This document shows positions 40,953 to 51,882 of a stretch of 64,000 bases of DNA, piece by piece. Every line of letters starts with the position of its first letter. Position 1 is the first letter of the stretch. A program made the position numbers and the translations under genes. The stretch is from an uncultured virus (IMG/VR IMGVR_UViG_3300021958_011310) (Duplodnaviria > Heunggongvirae > Uroviricota > Caudoviricetes). The stretch lies in the IMG/VR virus record IMGVR_UViG_3300021958_011310, one strand, 5' to 3'. Below the pieces are notes generated by a model. The model was not told where the DNA came from. It did no database searches and saw only the letters and a list, made by a program, of their open reading frames with translations.

Positions 40953-41779
40953 TGACACCCCCTAACATAACGAACGGTTTTGAGACTTCCCCTAACAGAA
41001 ATCATGCTGTAAATTTTAATTACGTATGGGACGAAGCTAACGAATATTGGACTTCAGAAAAGGGAAGTTCTTTAGGTTATAATTCAATTGTTGGCCAAGC
41101 AAAAGATTATATACATAAATTTGGAAGTAATCCTGACGTATCTAACACAGTTAGCGCAACTGCTCCAGAAACAGTATGGGACGGCTCTATTGGGTATACT
41201 TTCCCCCCTGATGCAGGGACAGGAATACAAATAAAATCATCTCAAGCGACAGATTCACAAGAATTCATTGTCCAAGGTTTAGATGAAAATTTTGAAAACC
41301 AATATTGGACAGGTAATTTAAATGGCACAAATGATGTAAATATAGATGGAACTTGGAGTAGGGTTTTTAGAGCTTTTAATAATGGAACAAGCGGCATCGC
41401 AGGTAGTATTGATATCCACGCTAGTGGCGACGCTTCGACTGTTTATGCCAAAGTATTAGCAGGAAATGATCAAACATCAATGGCTATTTATACTGTGCCT
41501 GCAGATTGCACCGGTTATTTATTAGGGTATCATATGTCCGCCAATAATCCGAGCAGCTCAAGTGAAATTGGGTACGCAACCCAAATCAAAACAAGGCAAT
41601 ACGGAAAAGTGTTTCGTGTTCAAGAAGTTACATCTGTGACTACTAACGCTTTTTCTAAAAATACTTATCCATTTCCATTACAACTGCCTCCAAAAACAGA
41701 TGTTATCGTAAATATTACATCATCAAATGGTAATAATGGTGCTATCAATGCTGATTTTGATGTAGCTTTACTTTATTAA
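40952..41779 (+). CDS. Hypothetical, probable virion protein
   Basis: IHKFG.N..V...ETVW and YTVPA motifs; T/S/N/G-rich. Confidence 0.55.
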   Translation: MTPPNITNGFETSPNRNHAVNFNYVWDEANEYWTSEKGSSLGYNSIVGQAKDYIHKFGSNPDVSNTVSATAPETVWDGSIGYTFPPDAGTGIQIKSSQATDSQEFIVQGLDENFENQYWTGNLNGTNDVNIDGTWSRVFRAFNNGTSGIAGSIDIHASGDASTVYAKVLAGNDQTSMAIYTVPADCTGYLLGYHMSANNPSSSSEIGYATQIKTRQYGKVFRVQEVTSVTTNAFSKNTYPFPLQLPPKTDVIVNITSSNGNNGAINADFDVALLY

Positions 41780-41898
41780 ACGTAAAAAAACTTGAATTTT
41801 TAAAACGAAAATGTATTATAGTAAATAAAGGTGATCAGGTTTAAAATTAACCAAAACACTATTATAAAATATTGAACAATATATAAAAAGTTAAAGAC

Positions 41899-42240
41899 AT
41901 GTCAGAAGAACAAAACACAGATACTATTGGAGCCCTAAAGAACCGTCTCGCAAATATGCTAATCAATACTGTTTCTTTAAGTGAAACTATTAATATTTTG
42001 AGAGATTTTTGTGTTAAACGAGGAGAAGAGATTGTAGATAACGCCTCAGAAGAGCAACTTGAAAACATTAAAAAACAGGTTAACGATTATGAGGATTCCA
42101 TCAAACAGCAGCAGGAGGTTGAGCAGCAAGCATCGGCTGCAGACCCATCTGGCCCCGCTTCTGGACCCACAACCGGACCAGAGATCGTCCCTAATCCCTC
42201 AGGGCCAGATCCTTCAGGAGGATGTCAAGCAGGCTGCTAA
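41899..42240 (+). CDS. Hypothetical protein with a Pro/Gly-rich tail
   Basis: ORF bounded by a promoter-like site and a terminator. Confidence 0.6.
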   Translation: MSEEQNTDTIGALKNRLANMLINTVSLSETINILRDFCVKRGEEIVDNASEEQLENIKKQVNDYEDSIKQQQEVEQQASAADPSGPASGPTTGPEIVPNPSGPDPSGGCQAGC

Positions 42241-42260
42241 TAAGCTAAAAAATTAAGAAT

Positions 42261-42288
42261 AAAAAGGCCCTCTAAGAGGGCCTTTTTT
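42261..42288 (+). terminator. Rho-independent terminator
   Basis: AAAAAGGCCCTC-TAA-GAGGGCCTTTTTT hairpin. Confidence 0.88.
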
Positions 42289-42326
42289 AGTTGAAAAAAC
42301 AGTTTGTTTACATATTATTATAGAAT

Positions 42327-42881
42327 ATGAATTTACAGATCTACAAACCAAATGCAAAAAATACAGGTTCAGCTTTTAACTTTTCAATTGACACAAGAAA
42401 TGAAAAACCAGTTTTTTATGTCAATGCCATTCTACAGCACTCTTGGAACAGCACAACTAAAACGGGCAGTTTTTCTGGCAATAAAGATAATCCTGACAAA
42501 AAACTTGCGATTAAGCTTAATGAATTTGAGTTAGGAGAAATGTTGTCAACCCTTAATACACGGATTCCTTGGTCTGGGTTTCATGATTTTAATGATAATA
42601 AAACATCTATAGGATTAACCCCTTGGGATAAACCTAAAAAAATAAAAGATAAAAACGGCAACTATCATGAGTTTACATCTCCAGCTTTTGGTTTTGTTGT
42701 GACTCGTAACGGTAGTCAAACTTTTAGGATTTCACTTGAACCCGGAGAGATAGAAGTCTTAAAAAGACTGGTTACCACTTTTTTTGATTTGTTTTTAGCG
42801 TCAACCTCTAAAGCGAATAATAATAAAAACCCAAACTATACTAAAAAACCAGAAAGCTCCCCAGAAGAAGCACCATTTTAA
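42327..42881 (+). CDS. Hypothetical protein, possibly ssDNA-binding
   Basis: Acidic EEAPF C-terminus resembles SSB tails. Confidence 0.45.
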   Translation: MNLQIYKPNAKNTGSAFNFSIDTRNEKPVFYVNAILQHSWNSTTKTGSFSGNKDNPDKKLAIKLNEFELGEMLSTLNTRIPWSGFHDFNDNKTSIGLTPWDKPKKIKDKNGNYHEFTSPAFGFVVTRNGSQTFRISLEPGEIEVLKRLVTTFFDLFLASTSKANNNKNPNYTKKPESSPEEAPF

Positions 42882-42943
42882 AAATGGCAACACTGCACGA
42901 ATATTCGAATATAAAATCTAAAAGTAAACATAATAATAAACAT

Positions 42944-44101
42944 ATGAGCGAAGAAGAAAACACAGAAAATCAAGATTTAGAAGATACAGAGTTACAGGAA
43001 ATTGATGACTTAGGAGTGGATATGCCTGATATCCCGTTACCAAGCGAAGAGGAGCCTGAAGAAGTTATTGAAGATGAGTTTACTTCTGCTTACAAGTTTG
43101 CTGTTGTTGGTGTAGGGCAAGGTGGCTCTAGATTAGCTGAAACCTTTTGGAAATTAGGCTATAGGCGAGTCGCAGCCATCAATACTGCTGCTCAAGATTT
43201 GAAGCCTTTAAAGATTCCAGAAAATAATAAATTGCTTATCGGGGGCTCAGGCGCAGGTAAAAACAGAGAAGTGGCGAAAGAAATTTTTCAATCACATAGA
43301 GAAGATATTTTAGATTTTCTTAAAAATGTTTTTAAAAGTGATTTTGATAGGGTTTTAGTGTGCATTGGTGCTGGAGGAGGAACTGGCGCTGGAGGTGGCC
43401 CTATTGTTGTTGAGATTGCTCACGATCTCTGTGAAAGCTTTGGGATTGAGACTTCGGATTTTCAAGCTAAAGTTGGGTCAATTGTAGCATTACCAACTAA
43501 AGCTGAAGGATCTAGGGTCATTTCTAATGCTAAAGAAACCACAGATGCTTTAATAAATTTTTGCAATAATGGTACGCTTTCCCCTTTGGTAATCCTTGAT
43601 AATGAAAGGATTAAACAAATTTATCCAAGATTATCTGTTAATAAATTTTGGAATACTGCTAATGCTAGCATTTGTTCTTTGTTCCATTTATTCAACAAAG
43701 TCTCAGCTCAAGATTCAGAATACACAGCCTTTGATAAGGCTGACTTAGATACAGTTTTATCTTCTGGAATTATTTCTTTTGGAGCAGTGCCTGTTAGGAT
43801 GAAGGAGGAAGAGGTTCAAGAAACGGACATAAGTTATGCAGTAAGAGATAACCTAAAGAAAAATATTTTAGCTAACATTGATGTGGCTTCAGGTAAAGTA
43901 GCTTCATGCGTAGTTATTGGCGATAGAGGTATCCTTGATAATACTCCGCAAGAATATCTTGAGCATGGGTTTGAGCAACTAAGCAGAATCTTGGGCGATG
44001 GTTCAACTGTTCATAGAGGGATTTACCATACATCTAAAAAAGGTTTAGTTGTCTATACTATTATTGGGGGAATTGAAGCTCCTGAGCAATTATTTAAGTG
44101 A
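42944..44101 (+). CDS. Tubulin/FtsZ-family GTPase (TubZ/PhuZ-like)
   Basis: VGVGQGG, AINTA, GAGK, GGGTGAG, LDN and FDKAD motifs. Confidence 0.88.
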   Translation: MSEEENTENQDLEDTELQEIDDLGVDMPDIPLPSEEEPEEVIEDEFTSAYKFAVVGVGQGGSRLAETFWKLGYRRVAAINTAAQDLKPLKIPENNKLLIGGSGAGKNREVAKEIFQSHREDILDFLKNVFKSDFDRVLVCIGAGGGTGAGGGPIVVEIAHDLCESFGIETSDFQAKVGSIVALPTKAEGSRVISNAKETTDALINFCNNGTLSPLVILDNERIKQIYPRLSVNKFWNTANASICSLFHLFNKVSAQDSEYTAFDKADLDTVLSSGIISFGAVPVRMKEEEVQETDISYAVRDNLKKNILANIDVASGKVASCVVIGDRGILDNTPQEYLEHGFEQLSRILGDGSTVHRGIYHTSKKGLVVYTIIGGIEAPEQLFK

Positions 44102-46011
44102 TGAGGAAAAAGAAGATTCTTATTCATAGCAATTTCTGTAAAGCTTTTACAGGGTTTGGCAAACACAAGAAAAATTTACTAAAATATTTATATCAAACAG
44201 ATAAATATGATATTGTAGAACTTGTAAACGCAAAAAAAGAAAAAGATGAAGCTTTATCTCTTTTACCTTGGAAAGCTATAGGTACTTTACCTGAAGATCC
44301 GCTTGTTCTTCAGCAAATTAGTAAAGATAAAACTAGATACAGAAATGCTGGATATGGTCATGAATCTATACAGAATATCATAAAAAAAGAAAAACCTGAT
44401 ATTTACCTCGGCATAGAAGATGTTTGGGCTTTTTCAGGGTTTACGGAAAAAAATTGGTGGAGCAAAATAAATTGCATCGTTCATACTACTTTAGATAGTT
44501 TACCTCTTTTGCCAGATGCTGTTAAAATGGCTCCAAAGATAAAGAATTATTATGTTTGGGCAAGTTTTGCAGAAAAAGCTATGTCCGAATTAGGTCACGA
44601 ACATGTTAAAACTATAAGAGGAACATTGGACACTGATAATTTTTATAAAATTAACGATCAAAAGAGGCAGGCTTTAAGGAGAAAATTTAATATATCAGAT
44701 GACTTTATCATTGGTTTTGTGTTTAGAAATCAATTAAGGAAAAGTGTTCCTAATTTATTGGAAGGGTTTAAACTTTTTAAAAGTAAAAATCCAAGCTCAA
44801 AAGCAAAATTGCTTTTGCATACGCATTGGGCAGAGGGGTGGGATATCCCTAGACTCATTAAAGAAAAAGATATTAAAAATGAAGATGTTTTAACGACTTA
44901 TTATTGTAAAATCTGTAAACAATATGTGGTTTCATCTTTTTCCGGTCAGAAGCGCCCGTGCCCATATTGTTCCTCTAAAGATTCCCTTGAAACCACTAAT
45001 ATTGCTAATGGCGTAAACGAGGTTCAGTTGAATGAGATTTATAATTTAATGGATGTTTACTGTCACCCTTTTACCTCAGGAGGGCAAGAAATTCCTATCC
45101 AAGAAGCAAAATTAACAGAGCTGATTACTTTAGTTACTAATTATAGTTGTGGTGAAGACTTGTGCACTACCGAAAGTGGAGGCCTAGCTTTAGATTGGGC
45201 AGAGTATAGAGAACCGGGCACTCAGTTTATAAAAGCTTCTACAAATTCCAATTCGATATGTAAACAGCTCACCAAGGTTTTTAAAATGAAACCTAGTGCA
45301 AGAAAAAAGGCTGGTAAAGCTGCTCGCAAATTTGTTATTGATAATTTTTCTATTGAAGTTGTAGGCAAACAATTCGAAGATATTTTTGACGGTTTTGATT
45401 TTGTTGATTGGGATAATGTCTCGGTTGACGATTTTAAATTAAGAGATAGCGAATACGCCCCTAATGATAACTTACCTTTAAAAGACTGGCTGATTGACCT
45501 TTATAAAAACTGCTTAAGGATGGAAGTTGATGAAAATGACAGCGGTTATAAATATTGGGCTTCAGAAATTTCAAAAGGCAAAAGTAAAAGTCAAGTATTA
45601 GACTATTTTCATAAGACGGCTAAAAAAGAAAATATAGAAGGAGAAGCTAAATCATTAGATGACATTATTGATAGAGACAGGCCTAATAAAAGGATTGCTT
45701 ATGTAATGCCTGAGCATGGTGAAGATATTTTAGCATCAACAAGTATTGTTAAATCCTTGAAGAATAATTACCCTAATCACGACATTTATTTTTTCACTAA
45801 AAAGATGTATTACGATTTAATTGATCACTGCAATAGTATATACAAAATGTGCGAATATAAAGAAGAGATGGACTTAGATTGTTTTTATTTTATTGGTAGG
45901 GCTAATAAAAAAGGTTTATTTGATTTAGCATTTTTCCCTTACAAAGAAACTAAAAAATCTATAGACTATGCAAATCACGGAAGAACAAAAATAGAATACC
46001 AATTAAGATGA
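44098..46011 (+). CDS. Multi-domain GT4 glycosyltransferase with a Zn-ribbon insert and GT9-like C-terminus
   Basis: TGFG, RNQLRKS, CKIC..CPYC, GQEIPIQEA and GEDILAST motifs. Confidence 0.7.
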   Translation: MMRKKKILIHSNFCKAFTGFGKHKKNLLKYLYQTDKYDIVELVNAKKEKDEALSLLPWKAIGTLPEDPLVLQQISKDKTRYRNAGYGHESIQNIIKKEKPDIYLGIEDVWAFSGFTEKNWWSKINCIVHTTLDSLPLLPDAVKMAPKIKNYYVWASFAEKAMSELGHEHVKTIRGTLDTDNFYKINDQKRQALRRKFNISDDFIIGFVFRNQLRKSVPNLLEGFKLFKSKNPSSKAKLLLHTHWAEGWDIPRLIKEKDIKNEDVLTTYYCKICKQYVVSSFSGQKRPCPYCSSKDSLETTNIANGVNEVQLNEIYNLMDVYCHPFTSGGQEIPIQEAKLTELITLVTNYSCGEDLCTTESGGLALDWAEYREPGTQFIKASTNSNSICKQLTKVFKMKPSARKKAGKAARKFVIDNFSIEVVGKQFEDIFDGFDFVDWDNVSVDDFKLRDSEYAPNDNLPLKDWLIDLYKNCLRMEVDENDSGYKYWASEISKGKSKSQVLDYFHKTAKKENIEGEAKSLDDIIDRDRPNKRIAYVMPEHGEDILASTSIVKSLKNNYPNHDIYFFTKKMYYDLIDHCNSIYKMCEYKEEMDLDCFYFIGRANKKGLFDLAFFPYKETKKSIDYANHGRTKIEYQLR

Positions 46012-47156
46012 ATGTTTTAGAGAAATACGCTTCAAGTTGCGGTGTTAAAATTTCCAACCCAGATGTTGGCATTTCATATTTTCCGCTACCATATGAAAAA
46101 TATATCGTTGTAGATAACAGGAACAGAAATGGTATGAACGTATATGATATTTACTCTGACGTTATAGCTTACATCAAACCAGAATTACAAAAAGAAGGAA
46201 TTGAAATAATTTCTTTCTGTAAAGATTCAAAAAGTATTCCAGAAAGAACTAAACCCTATATTAATTTAAATAAAAAACAAGAGGCATATATTTTAGAAAA
46301 TAGTTTGTTGAGCATTTGTTCTGATAATTTATCTTCATATATCTCTAATGCTTTAGGAGTATCTTGCATTAGCCTTTATTCTATTTACCCTTCAGCAATA
46401 AATGAACCCATTTGGAATACCAATCATTTTTCTATCGATAGTGAACGCACAGGCAATCTGCCTGCATACGGTGTAAAAGAAGACCCTAAATCTATTAATT
46501 TTATTGAGCCAGAAAGAATAGCTCAAGCGATATTTGATAAGCTTAAAATAGATAAAAAAATACAATATGAAACTATTTTTATAGGAGACCTTTATCCTGT
46601 TAAAATTGTAGAAATAATTCCAGATTTTGCCGCTCACCCTTCTTTTATGAAAAATCGAGCTCTTAATGTTAGAATGGATTATCATTTTGATGAGCAAATT
46701 TTAACTCATTGGCTGAAAGATAGATTTTTAAATATCGTTACAGAGAAACCTATAAGGATTGACTTACTAAAATACTTCAAAAAAAATGTAGCCCAATTCA
46801 CAGTTAACATTAATAATGATTTTACAGAAGATTATTTAAAACAAGTTCAAGAGATAGGTATAAAAACAGAAATTTACTGTGAAGATGAGTCTCAAATAAA
46901 TAAATATAGATTTAAGTTTTTTGATTTTGATGTTCAAACTGCAGATTGGAAAACAAAAGAAGATGCTGGAGAAAAAGTTTCTAATACTAAAACTAAATTT
47001 ATTAGTAGTAAAATCTTATTGAGCGAAGGGAAGAAGTATTCTTGCCACGAATCCAAGATACAAAAAAAAGAGTTGACAGGTGAACCTGAGTTGGTTTATA
47101 GTTCCAATGAATTTTGGAAAGAACTGGACCATTACAGGTTAATCAATGAAATATAA
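46008..47156 (+). CDS. GT9-like protein
   Basis: Degenerate heptosyltransferase-like motifs (SDNLSSYISNALG). Confidence 0.45.
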   Translation: MNVLEKYASSCGVKISNPDVGISYFPLPYEKYIVVDNRNRNGMNVYDIYSDVIAYIKPELQKEGIEIISFCKDSKSIPERTKPYINLNKKQEAYILENSLLSICSDNLSSYISNALGVSCISLYSIYPSAINEPIWNTNHFSIDSERTGNLPAYGVKEDPKSINFIEPERIAQAIFDKLKIDKKIQYETIFIGDLYPVKIVEIIPDFAAHPSFMKNRALNVRMDYHFDEQILTHWLKDRFLNIVTEKPIRIDLLKYFKKNVAQFTVNINNDFTEDYLKQVQEIGIKTEIYCEDESQINKYRFKFFDFDVQTADWKTKEDAGEKVSNTKTKFISSKILLSEGKKYSCHESKIQKKELTGEPELVYSSNEFWKELDHYRLINEI

Positions 47157-47868
47157 AAGAAATGAATTCGGTCTCGTTGAAGACGTAGAATATAAATACA
47201 ACGAAGATGGCTCAATTAACTGGAGAGCCATGATTCCTACAGAACACCTTTACCCTAATAAAGGTTGGTTTGAGGCAAGAAATCAACCTATGCCAAACTC
47301 AACAGAAGGTTTAGAAGATTATCAGCTTTTAATCAAATTATCTGGCATCAAAGAATTAGCAAAACTAAGAGGGTTTTCAAATGTAAATTATGATGTCGTA
47401 AAATGCGAAATGGATCATGTAGCTATCAAATGCTCCATTGATTGGCTTGGTAATTTTGAATCAGGAAATCAACCTATTGCATTTCAAGATATTGCTAACG
47501 CAACAGCTTACAACACTAGTAATTTTGCTCAAAAGTTTCTAGAAACCATCGCTACCAATAGGGCTTTTGTTAGATGTGTTCGTAATTTTCTAAATATTCA
47601 CATCGTTGGTGCTGATGAAATTGATACGTCGAACAATAAGAGCGCCCCCATGCAGCAAGAAAGCGTTGCTTATGGGCCTTTAAATGTTTTAATGTCTCAG
47701 GTTAAATTGAGCGGTTCAGATCAAGATTTTGAAATTTTTAAAGAGATTCTTAGGGGTCTATATAAAAATAACGCTTACAAAAATAAAGATGTTAAAAACT
47801 GGAAAACTTGGGGGGATATACCAAAAACAGAAATAACAAAATTAATAAAAGTCCTCAAGGCTAACTGA
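47146..47868 (+). CDS. Putative ssDNA-annealing (Rad52/Sak-like) protein
   Basis: ETIATNRAFVRCVR..LNI motif. Confidence 0.4.
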   Translation: MKYKRNEFGLVEDVEYKYNEDGSINWRAMIPTEHLYPNKGWFEARNQPMPNSTEGLEDYQLLIKLSGIKELAKLRGFSNVNYDVVKCEMDHVAIKCSIDWLGNFESGNQPIAFQDIANATAYNTSNFAQKFLETIATNRAFVRCVRNFLNIHIVGADEIDTSNNKSAPMQQESVAYGPLNVLMSQVKLSGSDQDFEIFKEILRGLYKNNAYKNKDVKNWKTWGDIPKTEITKLIKVLKAN

Positions 47869-48064
47869 TGTTAAAAAATATTTGGTTGATTTGGTGCAGG
47901 ACCGTTGATCATCGTATTGGCAAAACTGATGATGATGAACCTAATATTCCTATCCTGACAATAAAACAGGCTCAATTAAGTTTACTAATACGTAGTTTTA
48001 TTATTATTGTAAATTTAATTACCTGTTTTTTTATTTGTGCCAACATAATACATAAGTGGTAAAT

Positions 48065-48559
48065 ATGGCTAATCAAAATAAATTAGATCAAAGGTACATG
48101 GCTATGGCTACAGAATGGTCATACATGTCAAACGCACAAAGAAAAAAGGTTGGTTGCCTAATAGTAAAAGACGGACGAATTATTTCTGATGGTTTTAATG
48201 GCACTCCCTCGGGTTTTGATAACGACTGTGAAGAAGTTTTTTATACTTGCGATGAACGTGATTTTTACAGGGATCAGGGTTGGCAGTTAGACAAAGGTAA
48301 GGATAAGTTTTTTAAGCTTAAAACTAAACCTGAAGTATTACATGCTGAAAGCAATGCTCTCATGAAGTTAGCTTGCTCCACAAATAGCAGCGAAGGAGCT
48401 ACAGTTTATTGCACATGCTCCCCTTGTTTTGATTGTGCTAAATTAATTATTCAAGCTGGAATTAAGAGGGTGGTTTATGATGAGGTTTACCGTTGCGAAC
48501 AAGGTTTAGATTTATTAAAAAAAGCAAACATAGAAATTTGTAAAATAAGCGATATATGA
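48065..48559 (+). CDS. dCMP deaminase
   Basis: VGC, GFNG, HAESNA and PCFDC motifs. Confidence 0.92.
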   Translation: MANQNKLDQRYMAMATEWSYMSNAQRKKVGCLIVKDGRIISDGFNGTPSGFDNDCEEVFYTCDERDFYRDQGWQLDKGKDKFFKLKTKPEVLHAESNALMKLACSTNSSEGATVYCTCSPCFDCAKLIIQAGIKRVVYDEVYRCEQGLDLLKKANIEICKISDI

Positions 48560-48762
48560 AAAATAAAATATTATTAGCATTAAAAGCTCATTACGAAGCG
48601 TTAGTAGCAAAGAATGAGGCTCTTTTAGAAAACTACCTGCAAAATTCCGCTGGTATCGGAGAGCACCCAGATATTGTAGAGGAATGCGTCAAAATTGTTG
48701 ACAATTTAGTTGCTGCGAAAGATTCGCTAAGCGAAGTATTAAACCAAATCGACAGGGGATGA
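48556..48762 (+). CDS. Conserved phage hypothetical protein
   Basis: GIGEHPDI motif. Confidence 0.6.
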   Translation: MKNKILLALKAHYEALVAKNEALLENYLQNSAGIGEHPDIVEECVKIVDNLVAAKDSLSEVLNQIDRG

Positions 48763-49030
48763 GTTCACAAAAAATATTAAATATATTAAATGATCTTTAT
48801 GATAAAGATCCTGTGTCAATTATGGCTCTAATATCTTTAACAGTCCCAACTTGCAAAGAGGTCTTGCAGGACTACGATATAAAAATCCATAAAGGTTATG
48901 TTGAGATAGGCTTGCTGAGTATCCTTAATAAAATCATTGAAGATGAAGGTAAAAAAATAGCACTTTCTTATTCTATAGATTCGAATGCAGTGATGCAGCC
49001 TGAAAAATTCTTACTTAGAGATAAATAAAA

Positions 49031-49207
49031 ATGTTTAAAAAAATAGATTACTTCTTTTTGGTGGCAGCTTATTTAAGTTTTGTGATAAGTGTTGCTCTTT
49101 GGTTTTTGAAAGATCAAGACGCCGGAATGTATGTTGGCTTATGGGTGCCGAGTATACTAACATTATGGGTTGGGTTGAAACAAATAATTTATAATAGGAA
49201 AAAATAA
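49031..49207 (+). CDS. Small membrane protein (not in ORF track)
   Basis: 58 aa with two hydrophobic segments (GMYVGLWVPSIL); followed by a 28-aa hydrophobic ORF at 49210-49296. Confidence 0.6.
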   Translation: MFKKIDYFFLVAAYLSFVISVALWFLKDQDAGMYVGLWVPSILTLWVGLKQIIYNRKK

Positions 49208-49297
49208 TTATGTATTTATTTCCAATATTTTGTTTTGGAGTGGTAATCGTAGGAATTGTTTTTCTTGGAGTAATTGAAGCTACTAAAGAAGATTAAT

Positions 49298-50476
49298 ATG
49301 AAGATAGGGACACCATATTCAAAAACAGCAACTAGAGTAATGTTGCTAGGTAGCGGAGAGCTAGGAAAAGAAGTAGCAATTGAGCTAATTCGACTAGGTG
49401 TTGAAGTTCATGCATGCGATAGTTATCCTAACGCACCAGCCATGCAAGTGGCGCAAAATTCCCATGTGTTCGATATGCTTGATGAACGATGGCTGAATGA
49501 ATATATCAATTTAATCAAACCACATTATATAGTTCCGGAAGTAGAAGCTATTGCGACGCAAGCACTTACAGTTGCTGAAAAAGAAGGGGTTACTGTTATT
49601 CCAAATGCAAAAGCGATCCAATTAACAATGAATCGTGAAGGTATTAGAAAGCTCGCTGCGGAAGAGTTAAAGCTGCCAACTAGTAAATACAAATTTGCAT
49701 CAACTGAGCAAGAATTTGCTAAAGCCGTTCATGAAATCAGTATGCCGTGTATCGTAAAACCTATCATGTCTTCAAGCGGTAAAGGCCAATCTGTAGTTTC
49801 GTCATTTCCTAAAATTGGTCACCATTGGAAAAAAGCTCAAGAAGAAGGGCGAGCAGGAGGAGGTAAAGTAATAGTAGAGGAGATAATTGATTTTGATTAT
49901 GAAATAACTTTATTAACTGTTCGACATAAAAAAGGAACAATATTTTGCGAGCCAATAGGTCATAGGCAAGTCGATGGAGATTATGTAGAATCTTGGCAAC
50001 CTTGTTCAATGAATGTTGTGCAACTTAAAAAAGCAAAAGATATAGCTAGTAAAATCACAGACGCTTTAGATGGTTATGGAGTATTCGGAGTAGAGTTATT
50101 TGTTAAAGGTGATGAAGTTTACTTTAGTGAAGTGTCTCCAAGACCACACGATACTGGGCTTGTTACCATCGTTTCTCAGGATCAGTCAGAATTTGAATTA
50201 CATGCAAAAGCTCTTCTAGGGTTACCTATTAATTCTGTTAAGCTCAATACGGCTACTGCGTCTGCGGTTATTAAGCCGTTAGGAGTTAGTAATCAAGTCG
50301 AATACGATAATTTGGATGAGGCGCTGGATGAAGATAATGTCAAACTCAGGTTATTCGGTAAACCAAGTATTAATGGTAAGCGACGAATGGGTGTTATTGT
50401 AGCGGGAGATGAGTTTGTTAATCTAGCTAAACAAAAAGCTAAAAGGGTTGTTGATAAAATTAAAACAATAATGTAA
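49298..50476 (+). CDS. purT: Formate-dependent GAR transformylase
   Basis: [35 protein letters not shown] and SEFELH motifs. Confidence 0.95.
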   Translation: MKIGTPYSKTATRVMLLGSGELGKEVAIELIRLGVEVHACDSYPNAPAMQVAQNSHVFDMLDERWLNEYINLIKPHYIVPEVEAIATQALTVAEKEGVTVIPNAKAIQLTMNREGIRKLAAEELKLPTSKYKFASTEQEFAKAVHEISMPCIVKPIMSSSGKGQSVVSSFPKIGHHWKKAQEEGRAGGGKVIVEEIIDFDYEITLLTVRHKKGTIFCEPIGHRQVDGDYVESWQPCSMNVVQLKKAKDIASKITDALDGYGVFGVELFVKGDEVYFSEVSPRPHDTGLVTIVSQDQSEFELHAKALLGLPINSVKLNTATASAVIKPLGVSNQVEYDNLDEALDEDNVKLRLFGKPSINGKRRMGVIVAGDEFVNLAKQKAKRVVDKIKTIM

Positions 50477-50565
50477 TATGCAAGAAGAATTAATAATCAA
50501 ATATTTAATACCATTTGTAGCGACTTTAATTTTAATTACTATAGCTACTAGCAAAAAATAAAATT

Positions 50566-50787
50566 ATGAAAAGAAGATCATTTATAAATAAGTTGGTGCA
50601 AGGCACAGCGATTGTCGGTGCAGGTTTGTCAGAAAAATCATTGTTAAGTGAAACAAGCATACCTGAACCATACCATTGGGTAGGTGATCAATATACTCTT
50701 CGTCAGGGTAAGATTGGTTATTTTGGAGCTCTTGAAGAAGGCCGTATGGTTCTTGATAATCGTGCTCTTGTCGGACTTATCGTTTAA
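50566..50787 (+). CDS. Small protein with a twin-arginine-like N-terminus
   Basis: MKRRSFI followed by a hydrophobic stretch. Confidence 0.5.
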   Translation: MKRRSFINKLVQGTAIVGAGLSEKSLLSETSIPEPYHWVGDQYTLRQGKIGYFGALEEGRMVLDNRALVGLIV

Positions 50788-51153
50788 TAGAAAAACGTTG
50801 GCATGGTACTTGAACGGTAAGCGATTAACTGAAGAAGAATTTAATAACAAAATCAAAGAGTTAGGATAAGAAAGATATAAGAGATGAAAAAAGTTAAATT
50901 TAATGTAGAACTAACTGCGCCGAATAACGCATTAACATTCAAACTTAAACGGCGAAGTATGAGTTATCCCGATATTATTGGTGGAGATTTTTATGACGAG
51001 TTGTCTAAAAAAGAAAAAGAGTTATTTGAGTTGATTGATTTTATTGATTTGTTAAAAAACGCTAAAAGTAAAAGAATTTTTGATTTTAAAATTGATTAAA
51101 AAAACTGCTAAACCTGTTGTAAAAGTTAGAAAAACCGGAATATTAAAATAGTT

Positions 51154-51624
51154 ATGGGAATGTTTGATGATGTAATTCTAGATAAAAAAAGCCTTCAATG
51201 TTTAACAAAAGAAGAAGTTAAGATTTTAGAAAAACAGGACAATGGCTTCCACTTTCAGACAAAAAGTTTGGATAATTTGTGTTATACTTTTGAGATTATG
51301 AACGGTAAGATATACCGTTTAAAGAATAAAATGGCCGAATTTAGACCTGATATTAGTGATTATAATATTAGAGTATACAATTATATAGATTTAGGTGATT
51401 TAAAATATTTAGATTGTGAACTCAAAATACATATTAAAGAAGGAGAAGTACAAGAAATCTCAAAAGAGATTTTTAAAATAGAGGAAAGTATTCCATTTAA
51501 GTTTCCTGAATATCATTACAAATTTGGATATAAGTTTTTAAATTTTTTAGCTAGCACATTCTCAAGTATTTCGTCTTTTTTTAGACTATGGTCATTTAAA
51601 CGGCGTACAATTAAGGAAGAATAA
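51154..51624 (+). CDS. Conserved phage hypothetical protein
   Basis: MGMFD...FQTKSLD motif. Confidence 0.6.
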   Translation: MGMFDDVILDKKSLQCLTKEEVKILEKQDNGFHFQTKSLDNLCYTFEIMNGKIYRLKNKMAEFRPDISDYNIRVYNYIDLGDLKYLDCELKIHIKEGEVQEISKEIFKIEESIPFKFPEYHYKFGYKFLNFLASTFSSISSFFRLWSFKRRTIKEE

Positions 51625-51882
51625 TATTATCAACATGAAAAATTTTCGCTTAATATATGTTAAAACAAAAATATATAACACTTTGAAGAAAATTCGTATA
51701 TCTTGTCCAAATTATAAAATTAGAGATTATTCTAATATAAAATTAAATAAAATTTAAACCTTCCGAAAGGATAAAAAAAATAAGGACTGAGAGTACTCGG
51801 TCGAGGTAAGCCAACTGAGAGCGGGAGAAATGATGGATACAATGTTTCCTTACTCAGAGCAAAAAACCCGCGCATTTAATAT

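Noticed and set aside
51786..51830. Hammerhead ribozyme
   Set aside because: CTGAGAG does not match the CUGANGA core and the three-stem geometry could not be built
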